A program made the translations under genes and the position numbers. Below, in pieces: positions 8,494 through 15,900 of a DNA stretch of 32,000 nucleotides. Location: positions 4,080,001 through 4,112,000 of the forward strand of contig NC_009925.1 in assembly GCF_000018105.1 (NCBI RefSeq), written 5' to 3'. The notes beneath the pieces were generated by a model. That model was given only the letters and a program-made list of their open reading frames with translations. It was not told the DNA's origin and ran no database searches. Position 1 is the stretch's first letter; each line of letters opens with the position of its first letter. This stretch comes from Acaryochloris marina MBIC11017 (GTDB taxonomy: Bacteria; Cyanobacteriota; Cyanobacteriia; Thermosynechococcales; Thermosynechococcaceae).

Positions 8494-9645
8494 TCAGAAG
8501 CGCTTTGAATAGGTATTGTTGTGGTGAAGTAAAGCACTGCCTATGGTGAGTAAAACGACGATCGGCAGCCAGCCTGCTATGCTAGCTGACCAGATGCCTG
8601 CATCTCCCAAGGTCTGACAGATAAACGAGAAGGTATAGTAACCAAAAATTAGCAGGCTACTTAACCCAAAGCCCAATGAACCTTGCTTTGAGGTTGACTG
8701 GCATCCTAATGATGATCCCATCAGCGTAAATCCCACTCCGATCCAGGGAAAAGCCATCAGTGCATGCCAGCGCACTTGCAAACGTTGCAGTGTTGGTAAA
8801 TTTCCTGACTGTTTTATCTGCTGTATCAGTGCCTGAGTTTCATGCAGGCTGATAGGTTGATGTGCAACTTCGGCTAATTCTTGGGGACTGACCTGATGAA
8901 AGGGGTGCCTTTTAAAGGGAACAACTTGTTGGTATAACCCTGAGACTGGATCGATGGTATATCGCGTCCCCTGGGATAATATCCATTGTTGGTGCGTGCT
9001 GTCCCAGATAGCTTGTTTGGCTAGCCAGATGTGATGTAGGTGACGATCTTGAAACTGCAAAATCGTCAATTGGTGAAGTGCTTCACCATCAAAAGCGCGG
9101 GCATGGAACAGTTGAGTGAGTCGCTGATGGTGATAGGTTTGATGCACAATATTTTGGCGAGGAATCGCTGTAATCTGACTCACAGTTTGCTGCGCTTGCA
9201 GCCGATGGACTGCTGCCGTTGCTGGAGGAACGATCCACTCGTTAAGTGTGAGGGTGGAAACAGCGACAATCAGGCTAAAACAAAGGGCGGGTCGGATGAC
9301 ACGGTAAACGCTTGTCCCACAAGCTTTAAGAGCTATGAGCTCGTTCTTTCGGGCTAATTGGCTATAGGTGAGTAAAGGGGCTAGGAGCATCGACATGGGT
9401 AGGGCGAGCACCATAAAGCGAGGGAGCTGTAAAACCAAAACTTGTAATGCATCAACACTTGATAAGGTCCCTTCTGTTAAACGCCGTAGGGTATCAAACA
9501 GAGCACCAATACTAAAGCTAATGGTTGTAAAGGCACCAAAGGCAAAGACCCAGGGCATCCAAAATGCTCGCAGAATAAAGCGATCTAAGCGAGAAATTCG
9601 GAATTTTCTGAGTTTCCTAGACCGTTTAATCTGAGCCAGAGCCAT
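8494..9645 (-). CDS. LptF/LptG-family (YjgP/YjgQ) LPS export permease
   Basis: The ORF track starts at a GTG at 9702. The first ATG is at 9645 (MALAQIKRSRKLRKFRISRLDRFILRAF...). Seen features are the typical LDRYI-like N-terminus, multiple hydrophobic helices, a central soluble beta-jellyroll-like segment and C-terminal TM helices. I cannot tell LptF from LptG. Confidence 0.75.
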   Translation of the reverse strand: MALAQIKRSRKLRKFRISRLDRFILRAFWMPWVFAFGAFTTISFSIGALFDTLRRLTEGTLSSVDALQVLVLQLPRFMVLALPMSMLLAPLLTYSQLARKNELIALKACGTSVYRVIRPALCFSLIVAVSTLTLNEWIVPPATAAVHRLQAQQTVSQITAIPRQNIVHQTYHHQRLTQLFHARAFDGEALHQLTILQFQDRHLHHIWLAKQAIWDSTHQQWILSQGTRYTIDPVSGLYQQVVPFKRHPFHQVSPQELAEVAHQPISLHETQALIQQIKQSGNLPTLQRLQVRWHALMAFPWIGVGFTLMGSSLGCQSTSKQGSLGFGLSSLLIFGYYTFSFICQTLGDAGIWSASIAGWLPIVVLLTIGSALLHHNNTYSKRF

Positions 9646-10690
9646 GGGATTCGGATAGGACCTGGATACTAATCGTCTCAGAAGGATTAGAGCCAGATGC
9701 ACCTAGTTCTACCTCTAAAACATCGCTATAGAGACGCTCTAGTGCTTGTAATAGCGATTGTAAATGGGGGGTACTGGCTCCAGATGCATTATGCAGTTTG
9801 TCCGTTAGTCGGCGCAGTCGGCGCCAGGTGGTATAGAGTTTAGCCACCATATGCTCTAGTTGGGAGGCCTGGTTGACTAAGTCTGCTGTGATATTGAGAC
9901 AGCCTAGCCGGAGTGCTTCCTCTAAACTGGACTCTAGATCAATGGATTGTTCGGTGAGGGCTTGAACATTGCCAAATGCCTCTAAATATTTGGCGAGTTG
10001 TTTGGCTTCTGCTGTGGCTTGTTTGAGAGTATCTAGATCGGGGCTAGCAGCAAGTTCAGATTGAATAGTATTCTGATGGGCTTCTGGTAATTTTTCCAGT
10101 TCCTTAACGAGGGGGGCTACGTGGCGAATGGGAATGGTTTGGTTGGCCGCCTTAGTCTTAATTTCAGCCGGAACCAAATCTGAGGTCATAGTTGTCCACT
10201 CATCCGAGAGCTGTTGAACTTCACGAGTGGTAATTCGCTCCCCTTGGCGGGCTGTTTCACTCACTAATTCTTGGATCTCGGGAGCAGACTGGGCTGTTTT
10301 AACGAAGGCTCGCTTACTAAAGTTATTGATGGAGTCAGGCTCTAAATGTCCGGCATCTAAGAGGGTATCAGCACTATTGGCCAATTCTATCCAGCTATAG
10401 GCTTGACTCTTGCTAATTTCGTTGTTTTGTAACCAGTTGAGAAAGCTACCGCCTCGACCTTCGCCCGTATTTTTTTCGCGATCGCGAATTGCTCGCAAAA
10501 TTCGACCTCGCCAAATATCAGTCTGTAAGTCAAACCGATCACAAACCTCCCAGGCTGCCCCAACCTGCTGCTGAAAATCAAATTCAGAGATATCTTCATC
10601 GTCTGGATCAGGGACTTGTAAGGTAAATTCTCCATTTCTGATGGGTGCGGATGTATCTTGCACATCCTCTGTTGTCGAGCGTTTGACCAT
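9626..10690 (-). CDS. Conserved hypothetical protein (possible HTH-like N-domain, helical C-terminal half)
   Basis: The track ORF starts at a GTG at 10696, and an ATG at 10690 gives MVKRSTTEDV.... The segment DIWRGRILRAIRDREKNTGEGRGGSFLNWLQNNEISKSQAYSWIELANSA resembles the W..G..L......G.F..W......S...A....LA pattern of DUF3102-type domains (low certainty). Its 3' end overlaps the LptF/G-family start by 20 nt. Confidence 0.6.
   Translation of the reverse strand: MVKRSTTEDVQDTSAPIRNGEFTLQVPDPDDEDISEFDFQQQVGAAWEVCDRFDLQTDIWRGRILRAIRDREKNTGEGRGGSFLNWLQNNEISKSQAYSWIELANSADTLLDAGHLEPDSINNFSKRAFVKTAQSAPEIQELVSETARQGERITTREVQQLSDEWTTMTSDLVPAEIKTKAANQTIPIRHVAPLVKELEKLPEAHQNTIQSELAASPDLDTLKQATAEAKQLAKYLEAFGNVQALTEQSIDLESSLEEALRLGCLNITADLVNQASQLEHMVAKLYTTWRRLRRLTDKLHNASGASTPHLQSLLQALERLYSDVLEVELGASGSNPSETISIQVLSESHGSGSD
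10478..10485. repeat. HIP1 octamer GCGATCGC
   Basis: Exact palindrome read at these coordinates, inside the 9626-10690 CDS. Confidence 0.9.
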
Positions 10691-10912
10691 AACCACCGTT
10701 ACCTCGTTGCCGACCCATTATGCCATGGGTTATTCCTTGCCGTTTTGTCAGATTTCTCTTGCTGTAGAGGCTGTGAGTGTTGATCTAATAGTGTTGAACA
10801 CTCAAGATTTGTGTTAAGAACCCCATAGAAGGATCACGAGATAGTGCCAATCCCTTCACAATGGAGATAACACCAGTAAAAATTGCGATCCAAAATAAAG
10901 GAGCCATGGGGT

Positions 10913-11443
10913 ATGGCATATGTCGGTGAACTCGGTGTAGGCTCCACCATTTATCTCGAGAATCAAGATAGCCAAACAATCATTACTGCTGTTGCAGCCT
11001 CACCTGGCCAGCAGCAACAAACAAGTCACAGCTTCTCGACGGGACATTGGACCACCTCTCCAGAGCTATTTCGGAGTCTGCAGGGATATATTATCCGAAT
11101 CGAGACCGCTCAAGAGGCTTATGTTCTCTTAGTGCAAAATCATCAGATTCGCCCCATGGAAGCGATGCCTCCTCGGCATACCCTCGAAAGTGTACCGCTT
11201 CAACAAATTGTGCAAACTCCCACGCCTTCCATACCCTCTATGCCGCCCTTACAGCCCTTGACCATGGGGAATATGGTGATGGGTATGCAGCCTATGCAGA
11301 TGCATATGGGAAATATGCATCTCAGTATGGGAACAACGACGACAGTGACCCAGGCATCACAGACTAATTTTTGTAGTCAATGTGGGATGGCTGTAGCAGC
11401 TACCGATAAATTCTGTGCCAATTGTGGTCATCGGCTTCATTGA
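10913..11443 (+). CDS. Zinc-ribbon protein with a Met/Pro/Gln-rich low-complexity tract
   Basis: The track ORF begins at a TTG at 10883. The ATG at 10913 is preceded by AAGGAG at a 9-nt spacing. The C-terminal CSQC-x12-CANC is a classic zinc ribbon. The tract MPPLQPLTMGNMVMGMQPMQMHMGNMHLSM spans 11240-11329. Confidence 0.7.
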   Translation: MAYVGELGVGSTIYLENQDSQTIITAVAASPGQQQQTSHSFSTGHWTTSPELFRSLQGYIIRIETAQEAYVLLVQNHQIRPMEAMPPRHTLESVPLQQIVQTPTPSIPSMPPLQPLTMGNMVMGMQPMQMHMGNMHLSMGTTTTVTQASQTNFCSQCGMAVAATDKFCANCGHRLH

Positions 11444-11665
11444 GACTGGCTGAATCCTTTCCCATTAGCCCGTTGGGTTCAGAATGCCAAAGTACTCCTA
11501 TTGTCCTGGCAAGGGCAGTAACTCAGATCGTCATCAAAAAAGAGCAGAAATTCCTTTTCTCATTGCAACTGATAGTAGCGTGTGTCTCTACCCCAAAGTG
11601 AGTCGTTTTGAGATCATGATGTGAAAATGACTTATCGATGCAGAAATTGAATGACTTGAATAATC

Positions 11666-12298
11666 TTAATAAGACAGATTGGGTTTTTGAAATATGGAGA
11701 GTAATACAGGCCCTAACAACGAATGATGAGCATTACAGATCAGGCCAGCATTTGCTGCTAGCGTCTTGCGCTGCTGCGGACTATAAAAATACATCTGACC
11801 ACCCAAACCCGCAATATTGTGCTGAGTGCCTAATTCTAAGAAGGTTGTGTAATCGACTAAATGAAACTGACCACCGGGTTTGAGGACACGCCCAATTTCT
11901 AAGAATACCTGTTGTGGATCCGGATAATGTAAGAAGCTGATGGTACTAAAAGCAGCCTGGAATTGATTATCTGCAAAAGGCATGGCTTCACTAGCCCCTT
12001 GCACAAAAATTAAGCGAGGGCGGTGACTGTTCCGTTGACGAGCCTGCCGTAGCATTTCTGGGGATAGATCCAGTCCTGTTCCCTGCAATTGAGGGAATTG
12101 AGAAGCTAAGCGGTTGAGGAGCTTACCTGTACCACAACCGATATCTAGGACAGCAGCCGGTGAATCCTTAGGCAAATTGACATAGCTCAACAGACGTTGA
12201 TGAACGGCTTGATAAAACACTGTTGTGAACAACCAATCGTAATTGGGAGCCCACTGATCGAATACTCGGGTTTTGGCAGCTAGAACATTCGCAGTCAT
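11666..12298 (-). CDS. Class I SAM-dependent methyltransferase (Methyltransf_11-like)
   Basis: 210-aa ORF with an ATG start. Motif I is VLDIGCGTGKLL, post-I is GLDLSPEML, and a motif II/III-like segment is FQAAFSTISFLHYPDP...LKPGGQF. Confidence 0.8.
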   Translation of the reverse strand: MTANVLAAKTRVFDQWAPNYDWLFTTVFYQAVHQRLLSYVNLPKDSPAAVLDIGCGTGKLLNRLASQFPQLQGTGLDLSPEMLRQARQRNSHRPRLIFVQGASEAMPFADNQFQAAFSTISFLHYPDPQQVFLEIGRVLKPGGQFHLVDYTTFLELGTQHNIAGLGGQMYFYSPQQRKTLAANAGLICNAHHSLLGPVLLSIFQKPNLSY

Positions 12299-12441
12299 TG
12301 TGGGATTAGGCCTGATCTATGGTCATACTAGCAAGGACAATCGATGCACAGGTATTTTTTTGGGAAAGTCGGAGATAAAGGTTGACAGTTTGGGGAAGCA
12401 AACTGCTAAGATATTCGAGCCTGAAAAAATTACTGTCGCAT

Positions 12442-12513
12442 TGGGGCGTCGCCAAGTGGTAAGGCACCTGGTTTTGGTCCAGGCATTCGGAGGTTCGAAT
12501 CCTTCCGCCCCAG
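12442..12513 (+). tRNA. tRNA-Gln (anticodon UUG); CCA not encoded
   Basis: The sequence reads TGGGGCG-TC-GCC-AAGTGGTAA-GGC-A-CCTGG-TTTTGGT-CCAGG-CATTC-GGAGG-TTCGAAT-CCTTC-CGCCCCA-G. It folds as a cloverleaf, has anticodon loop UU-UUG-GU, and closely parallels E. coli tRNA-Gln. Confidence 0.9.
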
Positions 12514-12593
12514 TTTATTTGAAAACGCTAGCAGTTGAGGCAAAAGTGAGTACTTTGCCTGGGGAATGCTGACGGCATGATCACTCTAAAGCC

Positions 12594-13370
12594 ATGAGCT
12601 TATCCTTACCCCAGACTTTAGCCCTTGATTTTGATGGTGTTCTTTGCAATGGTTTGCGAGAATATTTCCTCACCACTTGGCGAGCTTATAGCAGAATCTG
12701 GCCGACCTCAACGTCAGAGCCTGCTCCAGAGTTAGCAGAACATTTCTATCACCTGCGTCCTGTGATTGAGACCGGTTGGGAAATGCCTGTCCTACTGCGT
12801 GCCATTTTGAAAGGGTTTTCTGAAGCACAGGTGTTAGCAGACTGGTACTCAATTCGTGATCGCATCGTTGCCGATGAAGATCTGGATCGAAAAAGCTTGG
12901 TCCAACAGGTCGATGGGGTGCGTGATCACTGGATTGCTTCAGATCTAGAAAACTGGTTGGCCTTACATGAGTTTTATCCTGGGGTCGTTTCTGCCCTCCA
13001 AACCCTCAGTCAGGCTATTGAAGTTATTATTATCAGCACTAAAGAAAGTCGATTTATTTATACCTTGCTCCAAGATGCGGGCGTGAACTTGTCCCGTGAT
13101 CACATCTATGGCAAAGACTGCCGTCGCCCCAAGTACGAGACCTTAAGACTGCTGATCCCAGAAGTGGCTGGACCCATCTGGTTTGTGGAAGATCGGATCG
13201 CTGCATTGGAGCAAGTGAAAGAACAACCTGATTTGGCAGAGATTGGCCTTTTCCTTGGGACATGGGGATACAATACGGCGCGAGATCGCAAACGTGCCCA
13301 GCAGGATCAACGCATTCATGCCTTAGACCTAGAGCAGTTTTGCCACTCCTTAAGTCAATGGGTTGTGTAA
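12594..13370 (+). CDS. HAD-superfamily hydrolase
   Basis: 258-aa ORF with an ATG start. HAD motif I is LALDFDGVLCNG (DxDGV), motif II-like is IIISTKE, and a late acidic motif is VEDRIAAL. Confidence 0.7.
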   Translation: MSLSLPQTLALDFDGVLCNGLREYFLTTWRAYSRIWPTSTSEPAPELAEHFYHLRPVIETGWEMPVLLRAILKGFSEAQVLADWYSIRDRIVADEDLDRKSLVQQVDGVRDHWIASDLENWLALHEFYPGVVSALQTLSQAIEVIIISTKESRFIYTLLQDAGVNLSRDHIYGKDCRRPKYETLRLLIPEVAGPIWFVEDRIAALEQVKEQPDLAEIGLFLGTWGYNTARDRKRAQQDQRIHALDLEQFCHSLSQWVV

Positions 13371-13382
13371 GAGGCTGTGAAG

Positions 13383-13775
13383 TTAGGCAGGTATCAAGGC
13401 TAAGACAACACCGACTAGCCCTGCTAGGACCAGCACTAGACTGCTTAAAGACGCAATAGCAAAGCCAGGACCTCGTTTCTCGGCGGCCTGATAATATCCC
13501 CAAGCATAAAGAGCACGTCCAACTACCCAGAGTATGCCTAATCCCGATCCCCATAGCGGATTGAGATAGAAACAGAAGATCCATAGAGCCGGCAAGAAAA
13601 AAATTAGCTGCTCCAGCATATTTTGCTGGACTCGTAACACCCGCTCAAAATCAGGATTGCCAAACATTTGAGGGGCTGGAATGCCATATTTTGCTCGGGC
13701 ACGCCCCACATTAATGGTGACCACAAAATATAGTAATAACGCAAGCAAGCTGATTAACGCTGGCCAAGGTGACAT
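13383..13775 (-). CDS. MAPEG-family membrane protein (microsomal glutathione S-transferase-like)
   Basis: The track start at 13781 is a TTG, and the ATG at 13775 gives MSPWPALISLLALLLYF.... The protein is about 130 aa with 3-4 hydrophobic helices. It carries the R-x-x-x-N-x-x-E-Q motif (RVQQNMLEQLIFFLP) typical of MAPEG proteins. Confidence 0.65.
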   Translation of the reverse strand: MSPWPALISLLALLLYFVVTINVGRARAKYGIPAPQMFGNPDFERVLRVQQNMLEQLIFFLPALWIFCFYLNPLWGSGLGILWVVGRALYAWGYYQAAEKRGPGFAIASLSSLVLVLAGLVGVVLALIPA

Positions 13776-13827
13776 CAACAATACTCCTCTATTTGATTAG
13801 GTTTAGGCAATTTGTAGGGTTTCAGAT

Positions 13828-14187
13828 TCAGAATGGCGATATGTTCGTCTTGGGAAGAAAAAAGACGCAATCTTTGCAAGGCCCATCCGGGTTAATCGCA
13901 CATCGCAATAAAGCTGAATGTGCATTGTACTCGCAATTCTCATTGCCAATGCTACCCATTGTATTGATAGCGCCAAGTGCTGGCTGCACATACAAAGCAA
14001 TATGATGGTGAAGTTGATAATGATTCGCTTGTAGTTGATAGCGATGTCGCCGTTCTAAGACTGTATACTGTTGGCCCGCCACTTCTAATTGCGCGCCAGG
14101 TTGGGGACTATCTGCCAAATAGAGATGGCCCAAGGACTGAGGCGGATGATAAAGGTGAATCTCAGTGAGAATATGGTGTGGCTTCAT
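13828..14187 (-). CDS. Conserved hypothetical protein (His-rich, C-terminal Cys cluster)
   Basis: The track start at 14244 is a TTG, and the ATG at 14187 gives MKPHHILTEIHLYHPP.... The C-terminal CEYNAHSALLRCAINPDGPCKDC suggests a metal or disulfide site. I recognise no family with confidence (possibly a cyanobacterial DUF). Confidence 0.5.
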   Translation of the reverse strand: MKPHHILTEIHLYHPPQSLGHLYLADSPQPGAQLEVAGQQYTVLERRHRYQLQANHYQLHHHIALYVQPALGAINTMGSIGNENCEYNAHSALLRCAINPDGPCKDCVFFLPKTNISPF

Positions 14188-15138
14188 ACTCAGCTTCAGT
14201 CTGTATATTGATGTTACGTTACACGTTCTCTCACCCCGACTCAAGAGGAGTACTAACTGCGACCTTGCCTATTTGCTTCATGATCTTGATGAGTAGACTA
14301 AAGGTCAGCGATCACCCAGTACCGTAGTCATTCAAGGATGATAAAAGATGGTAGAGTAACCAGTCCTTCTGCGTAGATGGACGCTGTGTTCAATAAATTT
14401 TTTATGACTTGGATACTTAGAGCTAAAGCTTTCATATTGACCAAGGTCAAGATAGAAGCCAGTTTCCATAGTCTTGATGGACTAGTTTAGGACCTCATCC
14501 TCGACAACAAGATAAAACCTCCATTGAGTGGCCTCATAGTTTGCTTCTGAGATCCGGGTTGTCCCCTTGAAATGTGGATAACAAGGCTCCTACACAGTCA
14601 CTCCTCTTTTGGGCATCCACAGGAATTCATCTGAATTCTCTACACTGAAGATAGGTCATGAGTTAGATATCTGCTTTCCAGTGGTCCTAAAAGCTTATAA
14701 GAGATTTTGGCTATGTTCCTTCTTCCAATGCTTGCAAGATAATGGAGATTCAGATTCATATAGTGAGCTGCAACCCAAGTGTTGAGGTGACGGGACCAGT
14801 TCTCGTCTAATCTTGTAAAGATTTAGGTTGCATTATTGGAAGTCATTTTCTATCATGCAAATGAAATTTAAAAATCCTTGATAAAGTATAAAATTAAGAT
14901 CATTTCACGAAAAAATTTACAATTTCTTCAATTTTTGATTATGCTGAGGTGGATTCAAGAAGCTCTAACTTCTCTTTAGAATGGGCTTTAAGTTTAGACA
15001 AGTGGGTGGGAAAGATGAAATTATCCTTGTTTATAATCTTTACAAGCCTGTTTTAATTCTGAAGAAAACCTTCTGACTCAATCATTGTTAACCGATGCGC
15101 TTGCACCTCTTTAATATTGTCCACACTGAGCAGTTTGC

Positions 15139-15900
15139 ATGAAAACCCGGATACTTGTTATTGATGATGATCCTGCGATCGCAGAATTGGTTGCGATCAA
15201 CCTGGAAATGGCAGGCTATGATGTAGCCCAAGCAACTGACGGGATTAAAGGGCAAGCGTTGGCCGTCCAGCTACTGCCAGATTTGATCATCTTGGACCTA
15301 ATGCTTCCCAAAGTGGATGGCTTTACCATCTGCCAACGATTACGGCGTGATCAGCGGACCGCCGATATTCCAATCCTGATGCTTACGGCTCTCAGCCAGA
15401 CCCAGGATAAGGTCGAAGGATTTAATGCTGGAGCCGATGACTATCTCACCAAGCCCTTTGAACTAGAGGAAATGCTGGCCCGGGTTCGTGCCCTGCTGCG
15501 ACGAACCGATCGCATTCCGCAAGCGGCCCGCCATAGTGAAATTCTCAGCTATGGCCCCCTGACCCTGGTGCCTGAGCGGTTTGAAGTGTTGTGGGTTGAT
15601 AAAGTGATTAAGCTGACTCGTTTAGAGTTTGAGCTGCTGCACTGCCTGCTTCAGCGTCATGGCCAAACCGTCTCGCCTAGCGAGATTCTCCAGGAAGTTT
15701 GGGGCTATGATCCGAATGATGATATTGAAACCATTCGGGTGCATGTACGCCATTTGCGCACTAAGCTAGAGCCCGATCCCCGTCATCCTCAGTACATCAA
15801 AACGGTCTATGGGGCGGGATATTGCCTAGAGCTGCCTCACACGGCAGAGGCAGAGAATGCTGAAGCCACGAATGAGGAAAACCAAGCTTCTGTTACCTAG
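15139..15900 (+). CDS. rpaA: OmpR-family response regulator RpaA (circadian clock output / global regulator)
   Basis: 253-aa ORF. Over the receiver domain it is near-colinear with the RpaA sequence I recall from Synechococcus elongatus (RILVIDDD..., [67 protein letters not shown]). A winged-helix OmpR output domain follows ([12 protein letters not shown]...[10 protein letters not shown]). Confidence 0.85.
   Translation: MKTRILVIDDDPAIAELVAINLEMAGYDVAQATDGIKGQALAVQLLPDLIILDLMLPKVDGFTICQRLRRDQRTADIPILMLTALSQTQDKVEGFNAGADDYLTKPFELEEMLARVRALLRRTDRIPQAARHSEILSYGPLTLVPERFEVLWVDKVIKLTRLEFELLHCLLQRHGQTVSPSEILQEVWGYDPNDDIETIRVHVRHLRTKLEPDPRHPQYIKTVYGAGYCLELPHTAEAENAEATNEENQASVT
15175..15182. repeat. 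HIP1 octamer GCGATCGC
   Basis: Exact palindrome read at these coordinates, inside rpaA. Confidence 0.9.

Noticed and set aside
10785-10979. 64-aa minus-strand ORF with a hydrophobic stretch (PLFWIAIFTGVISIV), considered as a small membrane protein
   Set aside because: It overlaps the 5' end and the good SD+ATG (10913) of the plus-strand zinc-ribbon gene. It has no recognisable family and no SD of its own. Only conservation or ribosome-profiling data could rescue it.
11638-11883. 81-aa plus-strand ORF overlapping the methyltransferase 3' end
   Set aside because: It is antisense to a motif-supported CDS and has no features of its own.
13054-13584. 176-aa minus-strand ORF spanning the HAD hydrolase 3' end and the MAPEG gene
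   Set aside because: It overlaps two ORFs that have clear family motifs. Its own translation is Cys/Arg/Ser-rich with no motifs, so I treat it as spurious.
14581-14620. ACTCCTC-containing stretch, considered as a Yfr1-like sRNA motif
   Set aside because: Only 7 nt of the ACUCCUCACAC core match (CACTCCTCTTTT), and there are no flanking stem-loops or terminator.
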